Assembly (NCBI GenBank): GCA_963777605.1
Contig: CAVZRV010000027.1
Location: forward strand, 96,001 to 160,000
Length of the DNA: 64,000 nucleotides
Direction of reading: 5' to 3'
Origin: an uncultured Acidobacteriota bacterium
Lineage (GTDB): Bacteria; Acidobacteriota; UBA6911; RPQK01; JAPXNP01
Below the pieces are notes generated by a model. The model was not told the origin of the DNA. It did no database searches and saw only the letters and a program-made list of their open reading frames with translations. Positions within the stretch are counted from its first letter, which is position 1. Every line of letters starts with the position of its first letter. The position numbers were made by a program, and so were the translations under genes. Of this stretch, positions 10,857-20,051 are shown one piece after another.

Positions 10857-12152
10857 TTATGCGATTTTGGCGCTTTCCACGATTATATCCATTGCACGCC
10901 TGCGCCGCAGAGTTGACTTGACGCCGTCGACTCTTTCCTCATCCCGGAAAAACTGGCGAACCCGTTCCACCGGCTGATTGGTGCTCTGCGCGATTCGATC
11001 ATACTCGTGGTCGAGGTCTTCGTTGGTGATTTCGATCTCTTCCGCTCGCGCAATTTCGTCGAGCAGGAGCTGAATCCGGATTTCCCGCTCGGCTTCCGGA
11101 CGGAGCCGCTCCCGCATCGCCCGCCAGTCGATGTTGGCGCGGACCGGGTCAACACCCCGCCCGGCTATACCGCGAGCCACATCCTGCAACTTGTCGCTGA
11201 GGCGGTCGAGGACGAGGATCTCCGGAAGCTCGAAGGAAACTCCCTCGAAAATCTGGTCGGTCAGGCTCTTGCGTAGTTCGGAATCACTCTCCCGTTCCGC
11301 GTTCGTTTCGAGATCCTTCCGAACCGTTTCCCGAACCTTCTCCATGGAATCGAAACTGCCCAGGTCCTTGGCAAACTCGTCGTTCAGCTCGGGAAGCTCC
11401 TCCTGCTTGATATCGGTAACTTCCACCGTGAAGTTGACCCTGCGCCCGGCAAGCTTCTTCTCGGGATAGTCCTCGTCGTAGGCAACTTCGAAGACCTTCT
11501 CTTCCCCGATATTCATCCCGACGAGGTTCTCACTAAATGCTTTGTGGGTGTCTTCCGATCCGACCTCGACGGCTACTCCCTCTTCCGAGATCGCAACGCC
11601 CGAGGGCGTTCCCTCGACTTCGTCCAGGTACTCCCCCTTAAGATCGACCATAACCCGGTCACCCGTCGCCACTGGGCGATCATCGACGGAGACGAGCTGG
11701 GCGAACTGCTTGCGAAGCTCCTCGAGCCGTGACTCCAGATCTTCGTCGGAAACTTCTTTCTTCACGGCCTCGGCCTTAAGGCCTTTGTAGGTCGGAAGCT
11801 TGATCTCCGGAAGAACCTCGAACTCGGCGTCGTAGGACAGCGGCTTGCCCTCCTCAGCCTCCAGGTTCTGCAGGGTCGGTTCACCAAGTGGTCGAACCTC
11901 TCGGTCCCGAACCGCCTGGTCATAGGAATCCGGAACCAGCTTCCGGATCACTTCTTCCCGGATGTCCCCTGCAAACCTGCGTCTGATCAGGCCGAGCGGG
12001 GCCTTGCCCTTGCGAAATCCCGGAACGCGGACATGATTCTTGTACTCATCTGCGACCCTGGCAAACTCTTGAGTCGCTGCCGCCTCGGGGACTTCCACGT
12101 GAAGGCGTTTTTTGACGCTGCTGACATCTTCGAGCTGAGCGCTAATATCCAT
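10857..12152 (-). CDS. tig: Trigger factor
   Basis: PGFRKGKAP ribosome-binding motif, FKBP-like middle domain, PELNDEFAK; tig-clpP-clpX-lon synteny. Confidence 0.96.
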   Translation of the reverse strand: MDISAQLEDVSSVKKRLHVEVPEAAATQEFARVADEYKNHVRVPGFRKGKAPLGLIRRRFAGDIREEVIRKLVPDSYDQAVRDREVRPLGEPTLQNLEAEEGKPLSYDAEFEVLPEIKLPTYKGLKAEAVKKEVSDEDLESRLEELRKQFAQLVSVDDRPVATGDRVMVDLKGEYLDEVEGTPSGVAISEEGVAVEVGSEDTHKAFSENLVGMNIGEEKVFEVAYDEDYPEKKLAGRRVNFTVEVTDIKQEELPELNDEFAKDLGSFDSMEKVRETVRKDLETNAERESDSELRKSLTDQIFEGVSFELPEILVLDRLSDKLQDVARGIAGRGVDPVRANIDWRAMRERLRPEAEREIRIQLLLDEIARAEEIEITNEDLDHEYDRIAQSTNQPVERVRQFFRDEERVDGVKSTLRRRRAMDIIVESAKIA

Positions 12153-12199
12153 CCGCGCTATTGTAGCCAAAACTTGGAGTTGGGATGAAGGAGGCTGAA

Positions 12200-12228
12200 T
12201 TGACAACCGAATCGGTCAACCTTAGAAT
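12200..12228 (+). promoter_or_regulatory. Sigma70-type promoter of tRNA-Lys
   Basis: TTGACA (12200-12205), 17 nt, TAGAAT (12223-12228), 17 nt before the tRNA. Confidence 0.8.
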
Positions 12229-12245
12229 GGCGTTCTCAAACAGGT

Positions 12246-12321
12246 GGGCCGCTAGCTCAAGTGGTAGAGCAAGTGACTCTTAATCACTAGGTTCAAGGTT
12301 CGAGTCCTTGGCGGCTCACCA
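12246..12321 (+). tRNA. tRNA-Lys (anticodon CTT)
   Basis: Cloverleaf GGGCCGC-TA-GCTC-AAGTGGTA-GAGC-A-AGTGA-CTCTTAA-TCACT-AGGTT-CAAGG-TTCGAGT-CCTTG-GCGGCTC-ACCA, 76 nt with encoded CCA. Confidence 0.97.
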
Positions 12322-12542
12322 ATTCTCCGCTCTCTTCGCTGAGAAGTTTCCCGCCCCTCTCCAGCGCTCACCCGAACTCGCATTTTTCACCGGGGTCCTT
12401 GGCGAGTCGGTGGAATCGAGACGCATCCTGACAACCGACGTTTTTCCACGGGCCGGGAGCGCCCTGGTGTCCAACCCCGGATGGGCGATGGATGAAGGTC
12501 CGGCAACACCCGCACTTGAGCGACCGATAAAGAGCCTCACAG

Positions 12543-12573
12543 GCGAAACCCCCGGTCTGACCGGGGGTTTCGC
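12543..12573. repeat. Perfect 31-bp palindrome (hairpin) between the convergent tRNA and DUF2202-like gene
   Basis: GCGAAACCCCCGGTC-T-GACCGGGGGTTTCGC; no clear U-tract. Confidence 0.8.
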
Positions 12574-12630
12574 AGTTGGTGAACCGCATTGAATTCTCGC
12601 CAGCGGCGCACCTGAAGCATTTAGGGCAAT

Positions 12631-13356
12631 CTAGTCGTGGTAGGGCCCTTGCTCCTGGGCATGGGTGACGATCGCCATAAACTCTTCTTCAGACAGCAGG
12701 ACTCTCACATATAAGTCCCCGTCTTGAGTGAGGTTGTGTACGAACGCCCGCAGGTGGTTGCGGGAACCGCGTTGGAGATCCTCGTAAACCTTGAGGAGAG
12801 AAGCCACCAGAGTTTCGCCGTCTCCGTCCACTCCTTCGATAGCCCAGTTAAGGTCTCCAATATCCATTTCTTCGATCAAACCGCCTACCCTAAGCATTGC
12901 TTCCGTTTCGTCCGCGGGATCGAACTCGACAACAGTGGGTTCAAAAATGGAGGCGTACTCGTCGTAGATGTCCGAAGGATTCGCAGTCATCCAGTCATAC
13001 ACCTCCTTTACGGCCTGGTTGGAGAATTCGCCAAAGGGGAGAGTCTCTCCCGCCTCGTCCTTGGTGGGGTCGTACAGGTTCCATTTCAAGAGCATGTCCT
13101 GAACGGTTGCAAGATGAGTTTCCTCGGCAATGTAGATGTTCCCGAAGACCGCCAGTTCCGGATCAGCCGGATCAATGGAAAAGTAGAACCGGTACACGTC
13201 TCTTGCGAGCTTCTCCTCTTCCGCGATGGCCTGGAGAGTCGTGATCTGATCCTCCGTGAGGGCCGACTGCATGGCGACCGCCGGTGACGAATACAGCCCG
13301 AACCAGACGAGCGCTGCCAGCACCCAGCACATACCCCTCAACTTATCGTTGCTCAT
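12631..13356 (-). CDS. Secreted ferritin-like DUF2202-type protein
   Basis: Signal peptide; EEEKLARDVY, AEETH, IEEMDI and GSRNHLRAF motifs; AGGAG RBS. Confidence 0.8.
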   Translation of the reverse strand: MSNDKLRGMCWVLAALVWFGLYSSPAVAMQSALTEDQITTLQAIAEEEKLARDVYRFYFSIDPADPELAVFGNIYIAEETHLATVQDMLLKWNLYDPTKDEAGETLPFGEFSNQAVKEVYDWMTANPSDIYDEYASIFEPTVVEFDPADETEAMLRVGGLIEEMDIGDLNWAIEGVDGDGETLVASLLKVYEDLQRGSRNHLRAFVHNLTQDGDLYVRVLLSEEEFMAIVTHAQEQGPYHD

Positions 13357-13445
13357 TTCGGATACTCCTTCCTGTGGTACGTCCCGCTTCGACCCTCCGT
13401 TGACCCGACAACGGAGGTGGCACTCGAAGCCACCCTAAAATCAGC

Positions 13446-13460
13446 GCAGTTGGCGTGCCA
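13446..13460 (-). promoter_or_regulatory. Putative sigma54 (-24/-12) promoter
   Basis: Minus strand TGGCACGCCAACTGC (GG-N10-GC), ~90 nt upstream of the DUF2202-like start. Confidence 0.65.
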
Positions 13461-14003
13461 CTTTAGTCGCTTACCGGCTTTCGCCACTGTTATTCTTCAA
13501 ATCAATTCAGGGGCCTGATCTGTATTGACTTTTCCGTTATCTCGCTCGCAAGGTTGAAGGGCCTTCCACCGAGTGCCATGGCTGCAACTAGTGTCGATTC
13601 CGCGTCTATCCGCCACGAAATCGTGTCTCAATGCCACACCCTCGCTCCGGGGAGACTGGGCAGGAGCTAAAACTCACCGCTCTACGCCATTAGGCGCAGG
13701 TCCCCTGAAAGCACACATAAAGAGAAACAAACCGGGCTAACGCCACAACTCCTGGCGTCCAACTCCTGCTGACCATCAATGCATGGCCGGCGCTACTGGC
13801 CGTCCTCTGCCTGGGGACACCGGCGCGATCTTGTGATTGAGAAAGTGTTTCCATAGGGGTAAACTCGCCTTAATTGAATAAGTGTCATTGGGCCTGATCA
13901 GACGAGCGCGCCAGTTCAAATTCGCCTGGACATGAGGCACTTTCACGATCACCTCCTTTTCCTCTCGGCAGGATGACCCGACGAAAACCATGAAGAGGCG
14001 TCT

Positions 14004-16139
14004 GTGACCGGAAACAAAAGCGCGAGTGCCGCGGAACGAGCCGAACGCCGTCTGGATTCATGGAAGGAAATTGCCCACTTCCTCAACCGGGACGTACGAA
14101 CCGTACAGCGATGGGAGAAGGAAGAAAACCTTCCCGTCCACCGCCACCTCCACCTGAATCGAAGTTCCGTGTTTGCATTCGAGGATGAGCTCGAGTCCTG
14201 GCTCGAGAATGGAGGTTCCAACCAGGCCGAGGAAGAAACGGGAAGATTCCCAGTCATTCTCGGGTATTCATTCCTGGGCTTGACGATCGTGGCGGTGCTG
14301 GCTGGTCTCCTCCTGGTGGCCTATCCAGATACCGGCAATTCTCCATCACAGGCCTATGCCGATCCCTTCCCAAAGCCGGTCACGGGACTTCCCGGTCACG
14401 AAGTTAATCCCTCACTGTCTCCAACCGGCGCACAAGTCGCGTTTTCCTGGAATGGTCCGGACAGACAAAATGACGACATCTACGTGCAGGAGATCCTGGG
14501 CGGCAACCCGAGTCGAATCACAACGAAGCCGGCCCAGGAATTCAGCCCGTCGTGGTCTCCGAAAGGAGACCAGATCGCATTCTTGAGAGTCGAGGAATCC
14601 CAACAGGGATCGATTGTCCTCATTAATCCTGTCTCACGAGTCGAGAGGACACTGACCGAGGTCGAGCTTCCTCCTGCCGATTGGGGCCCGCAGATCACCT
14701 GGACACCCGACGGGTCAACCTTGATTGCGGCGGCGCGATGGCGAAAGAGGGCCCCATTCTCGCTCGCCGCAATCGACCCGGGAACCGGCAAAGTGACGGA
14801 GTTGACAAGACCTTCGAGCGAACTACAGGGTGATTTCTGCCCTTCTCTCGACCCCGAGGGAAAGCGACTGGCGCTGGTGAGAAATATAGGCCCGCAGTTC
14901 GGTGATCTGTTTCTTATCGATCTCCCCGCCGGTGAGCTTCGCCAAGAAGTTCCTCCTCGCCGGATTACCCGGCTTCGCACTGAGATCCGCGGCATTACCT
15001 GGGTTCCGAGCGGCGAACAGATCATTTTTTCGGGGGGAGCTTGGCCTCGCTCGACTCTCTGGCGAGTGGACCCGTCCGGCACAAAACGGGCCGAACCACT
15101 TGTTGTGGCCGGCACTTCGGCGTACGACCCCGTCATATCCGCCGCCCGAACTCTTGTATTTAGCCACTTCCACTCACGTTGCAGCCTCTGGAAGATCGAT
15201 CTGAGTACCGGCGGACCGGGAACCCCATTCTTGGCTCCGTCGGCATCGATCGGACTGCCCGAGTACTCCAGGAATCAGGAGATGCTGGTTTTCACTTCCG
15301 ATCAAAGCGGCTGGCCCGAACTCTGGCTGCAGAACCTCAAGGGCGGCATAACGTCCCGACTGACGGCTTTTGAGGCCGCGCACACCGGACACACCAGTTG
15401 GTCGCCAAACGGTCGAACGGTCGTATTCGACTCGACCGTTGACGGGGACACCGAGCTTTTCCTGATCGACGTCGAATCGCCTTCCCCCCTGCAAATCGAA
15501 GATGCTCTCATCAGCCCCTATCTCACTCAACTGACGAACAACTCGGTCGAGGACAGGATTCCCCGCTGGTCTCGGGACGGCGAATCGATTTACTTCAGCT
15601 CGAATCGGAGCGGCCGATTTGAAATCTGGAAGATGCCGGCCGGAGGTGGAGCCGAAATTCAGGTCACGAAGGAAGGCGGATACGCAGCGGTGGACTCCTC
15701 GGACGGCCGGGATCTCTACTTCTCCAAGTGGAATGAGCATGGTCTATGGTCAATGGCCCTGACCACCGGCAGGCCGGAGCTGGTTCGTGCCGGCCGGTAC
15801 TCGGACTTCACGATCGCCGGGGACCGGCTTTACTACGTTACTGAGTCGAACCGCGACGGCCATCACTATGAGGTGGCGGCAATTGACCTGGTTGACGGCC
15901 GGTCCCATCTCCTCTTTTCCGACGACGCCCGCTACGGCGGCAGCATGACGGTCTCCCCGAAGGGAACTTTCGTGACACTGGCGCGTTATGACGAAGAAAG
16001 TGCCGACCTGATGATGGTCAACGGTTTTCACTGCAGGAGGCTGGCCGGTGAGACTGGAGACGGCGTCTGCCCGAGCTGCGCCGCCGAATTGAGCGGCTTC
16101 AGTCGACTCATCAACCGGCTGAAATTCTGGTCCCGCTGA
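14004..16139 (+). CDS. Membrane-anchored protein: N-terminal HTH-like domain, one TM helix, TolB/PD40 beta-propeller repeats
   Basis: RLDSWKEIAHFLNRDVRTVQRWEK; hydrophobic segment; repeated P(S/R)WSPxG..(I/V).F units. Confidence 0.8.
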   Translation: MTGNKSASAAERAERRLDSWKEIAHFLNRDVRTVQRWEKEENLPVHRHLHLNRSSVFAFEDELESWLENGGSNQAEEETGRFPVILGYSFLGLTIVAVLAGLLLVAYPDTGNSPSQAYADPFPKPVTGLPGHEVNPSLSPTGAQVAFSWNGPDRQNDDIYVQEILGGNPSRITTKPAQEFSPSWSPKGDQIAFLRVEESQQGSIVLINPVSRVERTLTEVELPPADWGPQITWTPDGSTLIAAARWRKRAPFSLAAIDPGTGKVTELTRPSSELQGDFCPSLDPEGKRLALVRNIGPQFGDLFLIDLPAGELRQEVPPRRITRLRTEIRGITWVPSGEQIIFSGGAWPRSTLWRVDPSGTKRAEPLVVAGTSAYDPVISAARTLVFSHFHSRCSLWKIDLSTGGPGTPFLAPSASIGLPEYSRNQEMLVFTSDQSGWPELWLQNLKGGITSRLTAFEAAHTGHTSWSPNGRTVVFDSTVDGDTELFLIDVESPSPLQIEDALISPYLTQLTNNSVEDRIPRWSRDGESIYFSSNRSGRFEIWKMPAGGGAEIQVTKEGGYAAVDSSDGRDLYFSKWNEHGLWSMALTTGRPELVRAGRYSDFTIAGDRLYYVTESNRDGHHYEVAAIDLVDGRSHLLFSDDARYGGSMTVSPKGTFVTLARYDEESADLMMVNGFHCRRLAGETGDGVCPSCAAELSGFSRLINRLKFWSR

Positions 16140-16156
16140 ATCGGAATGAGTTGCCG

Positions 16157-16530
16157 TTTCATGGCCTGCAGGTCATAGGTGAATTCTTCTCCAGCTGAGA
16201 AAGTCTCGCCGCTGGTCAGAACAAAGAGGTTGGCGTCACTCATTGGACAGCCCTCAACGCGAGCATACGTCCAGAATTGTTTGAGAGTATTGGCCTTCCG
16301 AATGTAGAAACTGTTGATGTGCCGCGGCTCGTCGAAAAAGTAACTAAGCAACAATTGGATCATGGTCGGCTTGCCGCCGTGGTTGTACCGCAGGTCCACA
16401 ATAAGCGCATCTGAGCCGCCCAAGAAATTCATCGCTGCGATCGCAGTCTCCCCCGCCCATCGGGGATCCATGAATCCATCGAGGCGAAGATAGCCAACGT
16501 TTCCAGCCAGATGTTCGAGCTTCCGGATCT
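16157..16530 (-). pseudogene. Internal fragment of an S41-family peptidase (boundaries approximate)
   Basis: GNVGYLRLDGF, LIVDLRYNHGG and TSGETFSAGEEF motifs, but the N-terminal domain and the G..T.G C-terminal part are missing. Confidence 0.7.
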
Positions 16531-16773
16531 GTCCTCGTCGGCAGGTTTGAATCTCGATCCGCGAGATTGATTTGGGCAGAGGCATTTTGACTCCTTTTCG
16601 AATGTTGCACAATTAGACGACTCCCGACCGTGATTAGTCGGACTTCTGTTGACGAATCCTCTCCAACGCAGTAGAGGTCGTGGGACAGATTTGGCGGCGA
16701 CTCGTGAGGGGCGTTGTGGTGACCAGCGACGGCTGAAACCTCTGCCGGCCTGGTTCAGAACAGGAGATAGAGA

Positions 16774-18162
16774 ATGAGTACACGTTTGGACTTAGACCTG
16801 AATCGAAGGGACTTCATTAGAGGTGGGAGCGCCTCCGTTGCTGCGACATTCCTGGCCACGCAGTCAGGTTCCATCCTGGGGGCGGCGGATCGCAAGATGC
16901 GAATTGCGATCGTCGGAACCGGTTCCCGGGGTTCATTGACCTGGGGCCGCGAGTTATTGAAGTACGAATCCGACCTGGTTGAGATTGTCGGACTCTGCGA
17001 TATCAACAGCAAGCGCGTCCAGGCAGCCCAGGGGATCATCGGCGTTACCGCACCGACTTTCGTTGACTTCGACACCATGGTCCGGGAGACGCGGCCCGAT
17101 GCTGTCGTTGTGACCACGGTGGATGCCACCCACTATCGGTACACCATCCGCGCCGCTGAGTTGGGTTGTGACGTCATCACCGAAAAGCCCATGTGCACGG
17201 ACGAGGAGCAATGCAAGGCCATCCTCGCCGCCGAAAAGAAGACGGGGCGCAAAATCACCGTCACATTCAACGCCCGGCATTCCGACATCGCCCGGAAGGT
17301 CAAGGCGATGCTCCTCGACGAGGCGGTTGGGGAGGTAATTTCCGTCGACTTCCACGAGTTCCTCAACACCAGCCATGGTGCCGACTATTTTCGTCGCTGG
17401 CACCGCCTTCGGGAGAATTCGGGCACGCTCCTGGTCCACAAGGCTTGCCATCATTTCGACCAGATGAACTGGTGGCTCGATTCGGAACCCGAAGAGGTGA
17501 TTGCGGAAGGCGAACTCAGATTTTATGGGCACAATAACGACTACCGCGGCACTCACTGTCGAGGCTGTGCTTACAAGAACCAGTGCAAATTCTACTGGGA
17601 CGTCACCCGGAATCCAACCTACGTCAAGCTCTACACCGACTGCGAATCGGAAGACGGGTATCTGCGTGACCGCTGCGTCTGGAGCGAAGACACCAACATA
17701 TACGACACCATGTCGGTCATGGTCCGCTATGCCAACGGTGTCCGCATGACTTACACCGCCAACTGCTATCTCCCCTACGAGGGGCAGGTGATCTCGTTCA
17801 ACGGCACCAAGGGGCGGCTTGATGCGATTTCCTACCAGGCCGGAACCGAGCAAGATACCGAACAGATCCTGCTGACTCCGGTTTTCGGCGAGCGTCAGGT
17901 CATCACAGGATGGCAGGGTAACCAGGAAGGCGGACACGGCGGCGCCGACGTGCGGCTCAAAGAGATGGTGTTCCGGGGAACTGAGCGAAACAGCCCCCTG
18001 GCGCTGGGAGCCGGGACCCGTGCCGGAGCCCTGGCCAGCCTCATCGGGATTGCCGCCCGCCACAGCATCGAGCAAGATGGACAGAAGATCCGGATTTCGG
18101 ATCTGGTGGACCTGACGCAAAGGGTACGCCATGCATCCGTGCCTGGACCGGATGAAGACTAG
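16774..18162 (+). CDS. Gfo/Idh/MocA oxidoreductase with Tat signal
   Basis: NRRDFI twin-Arg, IVGTGSRG, TEKPM, HKACHHFD, GGHGGAD. Confidence 0.9.
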   Translation: MSTRLDLDLNRRDFIRGGSASVAATFLATQSGSILGAADRKMRIAIVGTGSRGSLTWGRELLKYESDLVEIVGLCDINSKRVQAAQGIIGVTAPTFVDFDTMVRETRPDAVVVTTVDATHYRYTIRAAELGCDVITEKPMCTDEEQCKAILAAEKKTGRKITVTFNARHSDIARKVKAMLLDEAVGEVISVDFHEFLNTSHGADYFRRWHRLRENSGTLLVHKACHHFDQMNWWLDSEPEEVIAEGELRFYGHNNDYRGTHCRGCAYKNQCKFYWDVTRNPTYVKLYTDCESEDGYLRDRCVWSEDTNIYDTMSVMVRYANGVRMTYTANCYLPYEGQVISFNGTKGRLDAISYQAGTEQDTEQILLTPVFGERQVITGWQGNQEGGHGGADVRLKEMVFRGTERNSPLALGAGTRAGALASLIGIAARHSIEQDGQKIRISDLVDLTQRVRHASVPGPDED

Positions 18163-18354
18163 CGGACAGGATAAGCTTCCAGCTTTGTCGCCGTGATCCG
18201 GAAGGTCATCCGGTGCGACTGGGGTAACCGGACCGGCGACCGGGCGATCCTGGACGCACCGGCACTCCTGACACTTCACTTTGAATGGTCTGGGCGGCGC
18301 CCGGAGGCGGGGGTGACCTGAAATGTCGGGATTCGAGCGGGAGGACATGGAGCG

Positions 18355-19551
18355 ATGAAAATGGGCACTATCGTGCGAACTTGCTGTTGTGGTCCTGGCT
18401 GGGGCCTGCCTGGCTGCGGGTTGCGGCAGCGGGAAAGAACCGGCTGAATCCGATCCGGCTGCGCCCGTCGTCCGGTACGGCGTGACCGTCAAATCCGGCC
18501 CCATGGACTCGGTCCTGCTCAAGGACTACGCCCCCGAGTCCTCGCTGGTCGTTCCGGAAACGCACATCGAGAAAGCCCGCTTTCCGGTGATTGATGTTCA
18601 CACGCATGTCTACGCGGAGACTCCCGACGAGGTCGATGCGTGGGTGAAAACGATGGACGCGGCCGGCATCGAAGTCACCGTCGTCCTGACCGGGGCGGTA
18701 GGGGAGGAGTTCGACCAGCTGGCGGAACTTTACCTGACCCGCTACCCCGACCGCTTCCAGCTCTGGTGTGGGCTCGATCTTCAATGCGGACACCGGATTA
18801 CTCGAGCGACCGCCGGATTACGCGCGCTGTTAGCGAAGGGCGCCCGCGGCGTCGGCGAGCTTCGTGACAAGGCTGGGGGCTTATGGAAAGGAGCGCCCGC
18901 GGTGTCGGAGAGCTCTCCGACAAGGGCTGGGGATTCGGTGGAAATGCTGAAAACGCTCTTCCACGAGACCAGCGCCTGCACCCGGATGATCCCAGACTCG
19001 ATCCGTTTTGGGACAAGTGCGCGGAACTGAAGATCCCGGTCAACCTTCACATCGCCGATCACCCGTCGTGCTGGCGCCCCCTCGGCCCGACCTGGGAGCG
19101 AACCGCCGATTTCCAGGGCTTCAACTTGTACGGGAAGGACGTCCCGTCGTACGAGGAACTCCTCGCCCGTCGTGATCACCTGCTCGAAAGACACCCCGGA
19201 ACGACGGTAATTGCCTGCCACTTCAGCAACCAGGGGAACGACCTTGCCACCCTTTCCCGGGTCCTGGACCGTTACCCCAACCTCTACCTCGATATTGCGG
19301 CACGAGACTACGAGATCGGGCGGCAACCGAGAACCGCGGCTGCGTTCATGGAGAAATATCGAGATCGGCTCCTGTTTGGCACCGATATGGGGCGGAACCT
19401 GGAGATGTTCCGGGGGTGGTGGAGAGTTCTGGAGAGCCAGGATGAATTCATCCCCGGGCGTCTTTGGTGGCGTCTATACGGGCTGGAGCTTTCGGATGAT
19501 GTCCTGAAATCACTCTATCGGGAGAATGCACGGAAGATCCTCCAAATGTGA
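18355..19551 (+). CDS. Amidohydrolase-2 family lipoprotein, interrupted by several indels
   Basis: LAAG-C lipobox, IDVHTH, GARGVGE, ACH and LFGTD motifs; frame breaks at ~18358 and in 18780-18890. Confidence 0.75.
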
Positions 19552-19593
19552 CAGGCCGATTGGCCCTTCGGAGCAGTCCGCCGGGCAGGGGAG

Positions 19594-19867
19594 ACGAAAC
19601 CCATTTTGGGGTGCGGAAGCGAGAGATTCCGCTTTTGCCGGACGCTGGCAACCTGCGGTCGCGGTCAGGAAGCGAAAGCTTCCGTTGCCTCTGTCTATTT
19701 TGCACTTCGTATTTCGGTCTCGCCCCTCGACTTCGACATTCGCCTTCGCCGTTCGGGATTGCCGTGTCCCACGTTCAAAGTTCCGTTTTCCAGGCACCAG
19801 GGGCGAGCGGTTGGATGAATTTCCCGTGGGGCGCCGGCGGGGGGGAAACGTTCGCTTCCCTGGCGAC
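19594..19867. repeat. Intergenic REP-doublet-like element, copy 1 (right end disrupted)
   Basis: Colinear by eye with 21566-21843; begins TTTGGGGTGCGGAAGCGAGAGATTCCGCTTTT and contains GGAAGCGAAAGCTTCC. Confidence 0.8.
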
Positions 19868-19883
19868 GGTTCGGGAGTGAACG

Positions 19884-19999
19884 GGGCTGTTGCAAAACTC
19901 CAAAATGGCCCAATTTAGATACCACATATAGAGAGGTTGGCCGACTGAACCCAAGATATGGGGTATGTTTTACTCTCCAAACGACTTTTGCAACAGCCC
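19884..19999. mobile_element. 116-bp MITE-like element with 14-bp perfect terminal inverted repeats
   Basis: GGGCTGTTGCAAAA (19884-19897) and TTTTGCAACAGCCC (19986-19999); AT-rich non-coding interior; no transposase; no clear target duplication. Confidence 0.75.
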
Positions 20000-20051
20000 G
20001 ACTCCAAAGGGTCTGGCGCGAAGGCTTTTCGTCTGTTAGCGTTTGTTGCTA

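Noticed and set aside
12246-16700. tRNA-anchored genomic island or prophage
   Set aside because: No integrase or phage genes and no convincing duplicate of the tRNA 3' end. The 10-bp match GTCCTTGGCG at ~12396 is too short to call an att site.
19448-19925. Short ORFs over the repeat elements (also 21559-22206)
   Set aside because: They are translations of the non-coding repeat in several frames, with no RBS or protein motifs; the shared peptide text only reflects the DNA repeat.
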